Shown in pieces: positions 18,407 through 27,622 of a stretch of 32,000 nt of DNA; the stretch's first letter is position 1, and the number at the start of each line of letters is the position of its first letter. Both the position numbers and the translations under genes were made by a program. The notes below the pieces were generated by a model, which did not search any database, was not told where the DNA came from, and saw only the letters and a program-made list of their open reading frames with translations. Origin of the DNA: Promethearchaeum syntrophicum (GTDB lineage Archaea; Asgardarchaeota; Lokiarchaeia; Sigyniarchaeales; Promethearchaeaceae); NCBI RefSeq assembly GCF_008000775.2, contig NZ_CP042905.2:210001-242000 (forward strand), read 5' to 3'.

Positions 18407-18490
18407 GATTCTTTTGGGATTTATATGGTAGAATTTTAAGGTCCATATTTTTATTAATTATTTGTAGAGATTTCTTAGTGAAAATTAATT

Positions 18491-19645
18491 ATGAGCAATA
18501 AAATACCCTATGTAAATATTTTACAGTCTGCAATTTGTATTCCAGTTAGTGATGAAGTCCCAATTGCTTTGGACATAAAAATTTTACCAGATAAAAATAT
18601 ACCGGCAGAATCTTTCTTTGGAGTGTGGTTATTGGATGTTTCCGGATCCATGGGAGGAGACCGTTTAGAGAATGCAAAAGAATCATTGATAGAACAAATT
18701 GGAATTTTGCCTGATGGAACTATATTCAATTTAATTACTTTTGAAAGCAAAGTTAATGAGATTATTAAAGATGTTAAGATAACAAATAAAAGCAGACAGG
18801 AAATTATTAAAAAAATACAAGGAATCACAGAGAGAGGGACAACTTCTTTATATACAGCTTTAGAAAAGAGTCTTGAAATATTAAGGAAATATTCTCGGAC
18901 AAATGGCTCTCTTGCAATTAGGAAAATCATTTTAATTTCTGATGGGGAACCTACAGATGTACATGTTAGATCTGGTGAAGAAAACGATCCTAATTACCAA
19001 AAATATTTCATGCTGGCTAAAGAAGCTCTTGAATACAAATCTTCAATAGATACTGTTGGAGCACTTGGAGAACATAATGTATATTTAATGTATGAAATAG
19101 CAAAACTAAGTACTGGCAAATATATCTTCGCGGAAAATGAAGAAGAATTAAAAACTAAAATGATTATAGCGACTGAACAGACGGCAAGAATTGCTTTTAG
19201 TAGCCCAACACTAGCTGTAACAAGTATCACTGGTGATATTGAACTTGAAGATGCGGCTCAATATAAACCTACAGTAATTCGGATGCCTTTTGAAAAAATA
19301 AATAAAAGAGAATCGAAAGCGTATCTTAGAAGTTTTGAAGCAGGGGATACCTATCAGATTTTAGTAAAAGGAAAAATCTTCATAGATAAAAATAATATTC
19401 AAACCGAAACAAATGTGAAAGTATTGGAATTAGATTTTGATTTTGGTAAAGACGGATTAAGAGAAACAAAAGAAATATTTATTACTTTCTCCTCAGATTC
19501 ATCTAAATTTAAACTGAATCAAGATATCAACAGAAAATATGCAAATGTATTTTCACAAGCAGAAGAGATTGCAGATTGCACAATTAGAGGAGATGCTGCT
19601 GCAACACAAAAAATTCAAGGCGATGAAACAAAAAAAATTGATTAA
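18491..19645 (+). CDS. VWA domain protein
   Basis: MIDAS motif LLDVSGSMGGDRLENAK, GTTSLYTAL and IILISDGEPTDV. Confidence 0.92.
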   Translation: MSNKIPYVNILQSAICIPVSDEVPIALDIKILPDKNIPAESFFGVWLLDVSGSMGGDRLENAKESLIEQIGILPDGTIFNLITFESKVNEIIKDVKITNKSRQEIIKKIQGITERGTTSLYTALEKSLEILRKYSRTNGSLAIRKIILISDGEPTDVHVRSGEENDPNYQKYFMLAKEALEYKSSIDTVGALGEHNVYLMYEIAKLSTGKYIFAENEEELKTKMIIATEQTARIAFSSPTLAVTSITGDIELEDAAQYKPTVIRMPFEKINKRESKAYLRSFEAGDTYQILVKGKIFIDKNNIQTETNVKVLELDFDFGKDGLRETKEIFITFSSDSSKFKLNQDINRKYANVFSQAEEIADCTIRGDAAATQKIQGDETKKID

Positions 19646-19708
19646 TAATATTTTTCAATGTATTACCCAAAATTTTTTAAGACGGAAAATTCACCATTTT
19701 AAACGAAA

Positions 19709-20467
19709 GTGAAAATTATGACTGAATATCATTGCCCAAATTGTGGGTATAAAATTGGATTTGGGGAATCTATCTGCCCAAATTGTAAATCGGATGTTAC
19801 GAATGTATGGGAAGTTGCCCCTAAAAAAGAGGGCCCAAAAATTGCACCTGGAATGGGAGGATTGGAAAGTACTCCTTTTCCACCAGCTAGTAGTGATTCA
19901 CCTTTTCCTCCAGCGGAAAAAAAAGATAGCCCATTTCCACCTCCTGAAAACAAGGATTCTCCGTTTCCGCCTCCAGCCTCAAATATTGCTACACCTTTTC
20001 CACCTTCATCAGAATCTAGTCCTTTTCCCACCAGTCAAGAACCTTCTCCGTTCTCATCACCTTCTGGAGAAAGTAAGCCTTTTCCACCAATTTCAGGCAC
20101 ATCAAGTTCCCAAACAGAAGGATTGCATTTAGAAATCCCAAAAACTGGAGGAATTATTTTTATACCTGAAGGTGAATTGAGAATTGGACGTGATGAAATC
20201 CAAGGTGCAGCAAAAATTGCTTTACCTGATTTAAATGCCTACAAAAATATTTCGAGAAAAAGAGATAACAGTGAGCATTTTATAATTAGAAATCACAATG
20301 GAAATGTAAAGATTGAAGATCGCGGAAGTACAAATGGAACATATATAGGGTCAGAAAAAATTACGGGAACTGGTCCAAGAGATTTAAAAGATGGCGATAG
20401 TTTTATTTTACCAGTAGAAGAATTCGGTAAAATGGTTCAACTTGATCTCATATTCAGAGTTAAATAG
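19709..20467 (+). CDS. Zinc-ribbon, proline-rich linker, FHA domain protein
   Basis: N-terminal CPNCGYKIGFGESICPNC; S-P-F-P-P rich linker; C-terminal FHA core LRIGRDEIQ...NISRKRDNSEHFIIRNHNGNVKIEDRGSTNGTYIGSEKI. Confidence 0.93.
   Translation: MKIMTEYHCPNCGYKIGFGESICPNCKSDVTNVWEVAPKKEGPKIAPGMGGLESTPFPPASSDSPFPPAEKKDSPFPPPENKDSPFPPPASNIATPFPPSSESSPFPTSQEPSPFSSPSGESKPFPPISGTSSSQTEGLHLEIPKTGGIIFIPEGELRIGRDEIQGAAKIALPDLNAYKNISRKRDNSEHFIIRNHNGNVKIEDRGSTNGTYIGSEKITGTGPRDLKDGDSFILPVEEFGKMVQLDLIFRVK
19870..20110 (+). repeat. Degenerate tandem repeat encoding (D)SPFPP(P) units in the linker
   Basis: Translation TPFPPASSDSPFPPAEKKDSPFPPPENKDSPFPPPASNIATPFPPSSESSPFPTSQEPSPFSSPSGESKPFPP. Confidence 0.8.
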
Positions 20468-20510
20468 AGAGATTTTTTATTTTTTTTTTTATTAATTGGA
20501 ATAAATAAAA

Positions 20511-21815
20511 TTGGGGGCAAATAAAATAAGCGATTCGAATGTACCGTTCAAAATTAGGTGTTCATTTTGTGGAGATTTAAATGAATTTTTGAAAGATGAC
20601 TTATATGATGTAATAAATGGAAAAGAGCAGTTTCGAAAAAAATTTTGTTTAGAATGTGGTGAACCACTCGTATTAAACTGCCCTAATTGCAATCATAAAT
20701 TTCTATTGGGAATAAATTTCGAAAATAATCATTTTTTCAAAGTTCTTAATTCATTTTGGGATCCTACACCTTCTCTTCTAGATATTTTAATCCCAAATTC
20801 TCAAGAAACTTTGAAAATTTATAAAAATCTTGCTAATACATTAACTTCAGATTATTTTCGATTAAACCGAAAAGAATTCTTATCCAAAATGCCTGAAATA
20901 AAAGAAAAATTGGAAAATGTGAAGAAAATTTTAGAAAAATTTCAACCTTTTTTAAAAACTCAAGATTTAGATAAGAATTATAAAAGAGTGAATAAAGAAA
21001 TTTTATCAATTCTAAATGATATAACAAATATTTTAAATGATATTGAAGAAGGTAAAGGAAACGATATTCCTTTTTGGATAAATGAAAAAAGAGAGAAAAA
21101 ACTATTGAAACAAGTTCCTTTTCTGGATTTTTATAATATTATGGAAAATTTTATAGATTTAATTAAGCAAATTCGAGAAAATGAAATAAAATTAGAGCAG
21201 GAATCTTTAAAACCGGGTTTTAACAAAATTGAAAAATATGTAAAACAAGATCCTGAGTTTTATCGCGCAATTTGTCCTGTCTGCAATACAACAATATATC
21301 ATATTACTCATCAAGTATATATTCAAAATAAAATTGATAATAAATTGAAATTTATTGAAGAAATCTTTAAAGTTAATGAAGAAGAAGCAGAGAATTCAGA
21401 TACTCGAACGATACGATTTGATGTAAATGTAAATATCGAAAAATCTATAAAATTTTCTTTTCATGGTCAGCTAATTTTATTACTACATGAAAATACTCCA
21501 TATAAAATTGGAAGAGATCTGTTGAGGGATATTGATTATGAAGAAAAAGCTAGTCAAGAAATATTATTTGATGAGGATGACCCATTAGCTCGTGTTTCAA
21601 ATAGTCAGTTTACTTTAACTAAAAAAGGAAATAATATTATACTTGAAGGAATGAAATACGATGAAGGTCGCGTTGGGACATTTCTAAATACGCTAAATGA
21701 TGATATTAGGATAAAAGATCCTAACGGTATAGAAATTCAACCAGGATCAACAATTTTTATCCCATTAGTAAAAGAGAATAATAATTCTAATCAAATTAAA
21801 TTAATTTTATTGTAA
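20511..21815 (+). CDS. Cys-rich zinc-ribbon protein with divergent FHA-like C-terminus
   Basis: CSFC...CLEC...CPNC and CPVC knuckles; C-terminal YKIGRDLLRDIDYEEK...ARVSNSQFTLTKKGNNIILEGMKYDEGRVGTFLNTL resembling FHA. Confidence 0.78.
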   Translation: MGANKISDSNVPFKIRCSFCGDLNEFLKDDLYDVINGKEQFRKKFCLECGEPLVLNCPNCNHKFLLGINFENNHFFKVLNSFWDPTPSLLDILIPNSQETLKIYKNLANTLTSDYFRLNRKEFLSKMPEIKEKLENVKKILEKFQPFLKTQDLDKNYKRVNKEILSILNDITNILNDIEEGKGNDIPFWINEKREKKLLKQVPFLDFYNIMENFIDLIKQIRENEIKLEQESLKPGFNKIEKYVKQDPEFYRAICPVCNTTIYHITHQVYIQNKIDNKLKFIEEIFKVNEEEAENSDTRTIRFDVNVNIEKSIKFSFHGQLILLLHENTPYKIGRDLLRDIDYEEKASQEILFDEDDPLARVSNSQFTLTKKGNNIILEGMKYDEGRVGTFLNTLNDDIRIKDPNGIEIQPGSTIFIPLVKENNNSNQIKLILL

Positions 21816-21846
21816 ATTTTATAAATTATAAAGAAGAGGACTTTAA

Positions 21847-23388
21847 ATGACTGAAGAAAGCAAAACATTATATTTCTGTTCAGAATGCATGCATATTTAT
21901 TATAAAATACCCTCTAATAATCAATGTGCAATATGCCATAATGAAATGAATGTAGAAGATAGAATATTACCTTCCTCTTTGGATATCTTTACTTGTGAAA
22001 CTTGCCATACTCTTTACTCAACTCAGAATTTTGAGGATTTAATTCCAACAAACATAGAAAATAAAAATTTTTTGTGTGCGTGTAAGCATCATTGTCCTAC
22101 AAATGCATTATTACAAATTGGGAAAGAAGAAGCATATATAGGAAATATTGTAATTGCAGATATCTTTAATTGTTCTAATTGCGGAGCGATTTCTTATCGT
22201 AATCCAGATAATCAACAACGTAGTTGTGCTGAATGCGGTTCTCGATTTGTAATACCTTTAAATTGGGATCCAAAAACTCAAAAAACATTTTTTAGTTGTG
22301 CAAATAAACAAACTCATGGGATTCGTCTTAAAATAAGGGATCTTATCCTAAATAATAATAAAATAATATCTGAAGAAATAAAAAATATAAAAGTAAAAGA
22401 AAAACAATTGCAAAATCAGTATGAACAGCGAAGAGCGCGGATTATTACGAATTTTGGTAAAAAAAAAAAAAAACTTGAAAAAGAAATTAATTCTTTAAAC
22501 TTATGGGCAATCGAACAGCGTAGAGAAATGTATAATTACTTACGCCCAATTGGTCTACGTTGTACTGTATTTAAAATGGAAAAAGAAGAAAATAAAATAT
22601 TATATAAGAAAACGAATGATGGATGTGGAGCTTTAGCTCATTTAAAAATTAGAAAAATAATTCTTGCACCTGATGGTACAGTAATTGATAGAGCACCCCC
22701 TAAACCTGATGAACCAATTATAGAAGAAACTGAAACACCTAAAATAATGCATGTTGATCAACTAACCTTAGCACTGAAAAACACACCAATGGAACCACTC
22801 TCTAATAATTTATCTCAAACAAATTTATATGAGAAGCAAGATATTTTTAAAAAGATTACTAGTACTGACGATAAAGAAAATCAATTATTTAATTCATTAC
22901 CAATCTTAAAAGATGAGCAAATTTATATTAAAATTGGGCTCTATTCTTTAAAATATCTTTCAGATAAAGTAAAAAGGATTAATAGTGGAGTAATTCCAAT
23001 AAAAATAAAAAAAGATATTAATGAATTTAAAATCGGAAGAGAACAAATTATTCGTGCTTATTGGACTGATATTGAGTTGTTTAAAGAAAATCCTCTAATT
23101 TTTGATTCTCTAACTAAAGTATCTGAAAATTCAGATCAATTTCGCTTACAAAAAGATTCTGAAGGATTTTTTGTCTCTCCAGGAGAAAATCAAATAAATA
23201 AAATCTTTTATTCTTCTGATGATGAGAATTCAGATATCATTGAATTAACAACTCCCATGTCCTTAAACATGATTAAGGCTTTGTATTTTTATACATATTA
23301 CTCTTTTGATAAAGAAAATGTTGGAATGGATCATCAATTTATTTTTAAATTATCTATAGCCCTTCCAGAATCAAGTTTAACAACTTAA
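21847..23388 (+). CDS. Multi-zinc-ribbon protein with FHA-like C-terminal region
   Basis: CSEC..CAIC, CETC, CACKHHC, CSNCGAISYRNPDNQQRSCAECGSRF; C-terminal FKIGREQIIRAYW...KVSENSDQFRLQKDSEGFFVSPGENQINKIF. The GR(D/E) position aligns with FHA domains of neighbours. Confidence 0.75.
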   Translation: MTEESKTLYFCSECMHIYYKIPSNNQCAICHNEMNVEDRILPSSLDIFTCETCHTLYSTQNFEDLIPTNIENKNFLCACKHHCPTNALLQIGKEEAYIGNIVIADIFNCSNCGAISYRNPDNQQRSCAECGSRFVIPLNWDPKTQKTFFSCANKQTHGIRLKIRDLILNNNKIISEEIKNIKVKEKQLQNQYEQRRARIITNFGKKKKKLEKEINSLNLWAIEQRREMYNYLRPIGLRCTVFKMEKEENKILYKKTNDGCGALAHLKIRKIILAPDGTVIDRAPPKPDEPIIEETETPKIMHVDQLTLALKNTPMEPLSNNLSQTNLYEKQDIFKKITSTDDKENQLFNSLPILKDEQIYIKIGLYSLKYLSDKVKRINSGVIPIKIKKDINEFKIGREQIIRAYWTDIELFKENPLIFDSLTKVSENSDQFRLQKDSEGFFVSPGENQINKIFYSSDDENSDIIELTTPMSLNMIKALYFYTYYSFDKENVGMDHQFIFKLSIALPESSLTT

Positions 23389-23409
23389 GATTCAAACTGG
23401 TGAAAAATT

Positions 23410-24285
23410 ATGAGTGATGATGAAAACAAAAAAATAAAAATTTGTAGAAACTGCCATTCCATTTATAAAAAATTATCACAAAAATATTGCGGAAATAATT
23501 GCCAAAATGAACATCCATTCTTAATTGATGGAAAAATCAATCAAAATATTGAAACTCGCGAATTAATTTTATCAATAAATGAAAAAGGGATAATTAGATG
23601 GATATGTATGGGCTGTCATAAGGAATATTCTTCAGATAATATCAATGGAAAAGATTTTGTTTGTAGTTGTGGTTTAAAAAATCAACTTTATCCTTTCACA
23701 ATGAAAAGTTGTGCGAATCCTGGTTGTAAAAATGACGATAATACATATCATAATCTACCAATTGATGGAAAAGCTTGTGAAATTTGCGGGGAAACAAAAT
23801 TTCAATTAAATGGCAATAAATTGATTTCTAGTTTCCTATATTATGATGAAAAAAAAATAGAAACCCCAGAATCTTTCAAATTCAATATTAAACATCATGA
23901 TGAAGATAAGTCGAAAAATCTACCTTCTTTAACATTTACCATACTAAATAATAATCTTGAATATATTTTGTATGGTGAAAATAAATCAATTACTATGAAA
24001 GATATAATTAAAGACTCAATGGGATTTATTCCTGATAATATTTATGAGAAATTACTAGAAAAATATACAGATGAGAAAGAAATTTTCAATATCTCATATA
24101 ATGATGAAACTGAAGAATTTTCTTTAAAAAGTCTTTTAGAGTTTTCTGTTAGTGAACTAGATCCAAGATATCAACCGAAAAACATAGTAGGAACCTGGAT
24201 TTCAGGAAGTGAAAATGTTATTCCAGAAAATATTTTATTTGAATTGAATACAGATTTTTTTAAAATTCACATATGGGCATATTAA
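23410..24285 (+). CDS. Multi-zinc-ribbon protein, unknown function
   Basis: CRNCHSIYKKLSQKYCGNNC, CMGCHKEY...CSCG, CANPGC...CEICGETKF. Confidence 0.75.
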   Translation: MSDDENKKIKICRNCHSIYKKLSQKYCGNNCQNEHPFLIDGKINQNIETRELILSINEKGIIRWICMGCHKEYSSDNINGKDFVCSCGLKNQLYPFTMKSCANPGCKNDDNTYHNLPIDGKACEICGETKFQLNGNKLISSFLYYDEKKIETPESFKFNIKHHDEDKSKNLPSLTFTILNNNLEYILYGENKSITMKDIIKDSMGFIPDNIYEKLLEKYTDEKEIFNISYNDETEEFSLKSLLEFSVSELDPRYQPKNIVGTWISGSENVIPENILFELNTDFFKIHIWAY

Positions 24286-24298
24286 GGAGAAGATAAGA

Positions 24299-25630
24299 AT
24301 GTCGACATTAAAACCTAAAGACAAATTACAATTGAAAAACAAGTATGAAATTATTGAAGTTATTGGTGACGGAGGATTTGGAACAGTTTTTTCTGCCAAA
24401 AATACAAAAAATGGAGAATTAGTAGCAGTAAAACAGTTTAAACGCGAGGCTTTTTCTTCTACAGCAGAATGTCGAATGTATTGGGAACGTGAAGTCAAAT
24501 TAACTGAAGCAGTTACTGGTTATCCCGGAAAGCATATGGGTTTAATTGATTCAAAAGAAGATAAATCTGATCGCAGCAATCCAAAATTCTATATTGTATT
24601 AAATTTCGTAAAAGGTATTACTTTAAAATCATGGTTTAATGATAATTTGCGTTCGGCTAAGCCATTGGGAGTAGATGAAATTATCAAAAAAATATTCCTA
24701 CCTTTATGTGACTACATGGATTTTGCACACAGAAGAGGTGGGATTCATAGGGATTTTACATTCAATAATATTTTAATTGTAACTGATCAGATGACGCAAG
24801 ACATTTACCCAATTACTATCGATTGGGGAGGAGGAAGAAGTTTCGATCCTTCAACACTTGAAAAAGAAGCCCCTTTAATTGATGAAATGGAGGGCTCTGG
24901 AACAGTTATTATAACACCTGGTTTTTTTGCTCCCGAAATAATTATGCAAAAACCTCCTTTACCACAAACAGACATATATATGTATGGGGCAGTTTTATTT
25001 TATGCGTTAACAAATGGATACACGCGTGTTAAACCTACAATCTCATCTGATTATATTTTACACCCACAAGATTACAATATGAATGTTAGTGATACATTAA
25101 ATGATGTTGTTGAGAAATGTACGGAATATGAACCGAAAGACAGATTTCGAACATTTGCCGACATTAAAACTTCATTAGAACAGCATCTCTCAGGAGAAAT
25201 CGGAGGATTAGATAGATTACCCTCTATTGAAACGGGAAACTCTTTTATTCTAAGAATTGCAAATAATAATGCAATAATTCAATTGAATCCTTTAGAGATA
25301 GCTTTAGAAGATGGCAAAAATCTTCGAATTGGTCGTGAGTTAATGATTGAATCTGCAGCTTGGAAAGAAAGCTATAAAGGAGTATTTAGAGGAATCACTC
25401 GATGTAAAATTAATGATGAAGATCGCCCACGCGAACAATTTTTTATAGGATATAGTAAGAAACAGAATATTTTTTATATTCATGAGGGGCGAAATTCAAA
25501 TCCAACATCATTAAACGGAGAAAGATTGCCTCCAAATCAATGGGTTCCTCTTCAAGCAAACGCCCAAGTATCAGTTTCAAGTACAACGGTAAGAGGATCG
25601 TTTGAATTAATCTCTGTATTAGATTTATAG
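24299..25630 (+). CDS. Eukaryotic-type Ser/Thr protein kinase fused to C-terminal FHA-like domain
   Basis: Gly loop IGDGGFGTVFSAKN, VAVK lysine, catalytic loop IHRDFTFNNILI, Mg-binding DWGGG in place of DFG, TPGFFAPEI; C-terminal NLRIGRELMIES...GITRCKI...GRNSNPTSLNGERL. Confidence 0.93.
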   Translation: MSTLKPKDKLQLKNKYEIIEVIGDGGFGTVFSAKNTKNGELVAVKQFKREAFSSTAECRMYWEREVKLTEAVTGYPGKHMGLIDSKEDKSDRSNPKFYIVLNFVKGITLKSWFNDNLRSAKPLGVDEIIKKIFLPLCDYMDFAHRRGGIHRDFTFNNILIVTDQMTQDIYPITIDWGGGRSFDPSTLEKEAPLIDEMEGSGTVIITPGFFAPEIIMQKPPLPQTDIYMYGAVLFYALTNGYTRVKPTISSDYILHPQDYNMNVSDTLNDVVEKCTEYEPKDRFRTFADIKTSLEQHLSGEIGGLDRLPSIETGNSFILRIANNNAIIQLNPLEIALEDGKNLRIGRELMIESAAWKESYKGVFRGITRCKINDEDRPREQFFIGYSKKQNIFYIHEGRNSNPTSLNGERLPPNQWVPLQANAQVSVSSTTVRGSFELISVLDL

Positions 25631-25639
25631 ATAATATGT

Positions 25640-26488
25640 TTGGTAATGAAAATGAAAAAAAATCAATTGGATTATGGAATTATTTGTGATGTTGGTGGAA
25701 AAAGAAAAGGTAATCAAGATAGTTTGTTTTTCTCAGAATTTGATTTAATTATTGCACCAGGATCTCCTGATTCAAAACAATTCTCATATAAATCAATATT
25801 AGCAATTATCTGTGATGGGGTATCGAGTAGTTTAAAGGGAGAGAAAGGGAGTAATTTTGTAATTCGACATTTAGCAGCTAAAATTATTGGCGATCTTTAT
25901 ATTCATAATTTTTCCATCAGTGAAGAATTAAATAAAATCCAAGAATTCATAAATCAAACGAATTTTGAATTAATAAACGAATTCAAAGATCTGAAAAACA
26001 CACCCCAAACAACTCTAGCAGGATTTCTAGTTATTGGTCAATGGTTATGGTTGTTTAATTTAGGTGATAGTCGAATTTTTATTGTGAAAGATGGAGAAAT
26101 TAATCAAATATCCGTTGATCATATTGGTACGAGCGCGTCACATGAAATAACTCAATCAATGGGACTTAGTGAAATCAAACCTGAGTTAAAAATCTTTAAT
26201 TGGGCTTACCAAACAAAAAATGATGAAAAAAAGATTTCCTACACAGAAAAATACTATATTCTTGCTTGTTCAGACGGTTTAACCGATAGAGTCACGAACA
26301 GCGAGATTAATGAAATACTTAATGACCAGTCAAAAAATGAAGGAATCCAAGAAAAGGTAGAGATTCTTTATAATTTATCAATGACACGTGGTAATGATGA
26401 TAATATTTCAATCATTGCTGTTGATCTATCTAAGTATTTCGACTCAATTTCTATAATACAAAAAATTAAACTTCAATACGAGGGATAA
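25640..26488 (+). CDS. PP2C-family (PPM) Ser/Thr phosphatase
   Basis: KGNQDSLF, AIICDGVSSSLKGEKGS, LFNLGDSRIFIV, ILACSDGLTDRV, RGNDDNISIIAVD. Confidence 0.94.
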   Translation: MVMKMKKNQLDYGIICDVGGKRKGNQDSLFFSEFDLIIAPGSPDSKQFSYKSILAIICDGVSSSLKGEKGSNFVIRHLAAKIIGDLYIHNFSISEELNKIQEFINQTNFELINEFKDLKNTPQTTLAGFLVIGQWLWLFNLGDSRIFIVKDGEINQISVDHIGTSASHEITQSMGLSEIKPELKIFNWAYQTKNDEKKISYTEKYYILACSDGLTDRVTNSEINEILNDQSKNEGIQEKVEILYNLSMTRGNDDNISIIAVDLSKYFDSISIIQKIKLQYEG

Positions 26489-26491
26489 ATA

Positions 26492-27613
26492 TTGATATCA
26501 GAACATAATGAGGAACCAATGTTGGAATTCTTTGATTTAGGAGATTCAACTCAATTTAAAAAAATCGATCTTGAAATAGTTCAAGAAATTGAAGAGAATT
26601 CCCGTTCTATTAGCCCGATTATTTTTGAAATATTTGAAAAATTAATGAAACAATGTTTAAAAGGATACAATTTTACAGATGAGCAAATTTCCTTTGTTGA
26701 ATATTTGGAATTTTATCAAGAGGTAAATAGATTAATACCAGAACTAAAAAAAAAGATAATTACTGAAGATTGTTACAGTAGCGTTTTTTATATTGGGGAT
26801 ACTCATGGAGCCATTCAGGAAAGTTTTAAGATTGTAGATTTTTTCTATAAATTATTTCAAACTAATAAGCAGATAAAAATAATCTTTGTAGGAGACTATG
26901 TAGATCGTAATCCTTACGATCTTGAAAATCTGACCCTGATCACGTCATTTCATCTTTTATTTCCAAAAAATGTCTTTCTTATTAGAGGAAATCATGAAGA
27001 TCGTTTAATTAATACTCATTATGGCTTCATAGATAATTTATTAAGAGCTTTTAGAGAAAAAGGGGAAGAATTATATGAAGAAATAATCAAATATTTTACT
27101 CATCTTCCTCTTGTTCATATTGCTCAGATGCATTCAGGAGATAAATTAGCACGAGTTATGGCAGTTCATGGCGGGATTCCAATAGATCCGTTAAATTTCC
27201 TTGAACCCGCAATTTTGGAAGACATCGAGCCTAAATTGAAATGTGAGGTAGATAAGAGTGATAAAATGGATGTTTATTCAGTAAGTATGCTTTGGTCAGA
27301 TCCTGATGATATGATTCAAGGCATATTAACTGGAGCCCATTTACATGGTAGAATGAGATTTGGATTTCCAGTATTTAAGAGTTTCATTCATGCGAATAAT
27401 ATTCAGTTAGTCGTTCGAGGTCATCAAAAATGGAATAATGGGCATCATATATTCTTTGGGGGGCAATTATATAGTCTATTTTCTACACAAACTTATGACG
27501 GTAAAATAAAATTTGAACCGAAAATACTCAGACTAGATTTCGGTCAAACTCCAAAAATTATTCCAATTGATTTTGAATCCTTAGAAAAAGAATTAATATC
27601 AAATACAAATTAA
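26492..27613 (+). CDS. PPP-family (PP1/PP2A-like) metallophosphatase, copy 1
   Basis: GDTHGAIQ, VGDYVDR, IRGNHEDR, AVHGGIP, LWSDPDD, VVRGHQ. TTG start after GAGGG. Confidence 0.92.
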   Translation: MISEHNEEPMLEFFDLGDSTQFKKIDLEIVQEIEENSRSISPIIFEIFEKLMKQCLKGYNFTDEQISFVEYLEFYQEVNRLIPELKKKIITEDCYSSVFYIGDTHGAIQESFKIVDFFYKLFQTNKQIKIIFVGDYVDRNPYDLENLTLITSFHLLFPKNVFLIRGNHEDRLINTHYGFIDNLLRAFREKGEELYEEIIKYFTHLPLVHIAQMHSGDKLARVMAVHGGIPIDPLNFLEPAILEDIEPKLKCEVDKSDKMDVYSVSMLWSDPDDMIQGILTGAHLHGRMRFGFPVFKSFIHANNIQLVVRGHQKWNNGHHIFFGGQLYSLFSTQTYDGKIKFEPKILRLDFGQTPKIIPIDFESLEKELISNTN

Positions 27614-27622
27614 AAAATATGG

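Noticed and set aside
17894-19230. Minus-strand ORFs 17894-18076, 18508-18930 and 18994-19230
   Set aside because: Antisense to the hexapeptide-repeat protein and the VWA protein, both with strong motifs.
19729-20132. ORFs 19729-20031 (-) and 19743-20132 (+) in the Pro-rich linker region
   Set aside because: Alternative frames of the SPFPP low-complexity region. The real frame has a zinc ribbon and a canonical FHA core on either side.
20492-24498. Minus-strand ORFs 20492-20692, 20833-21027 and 24235-24498
   Set aside because: Antisense to the zinc-ribbon protein genes and the start of the kinase gene. No domain motif.
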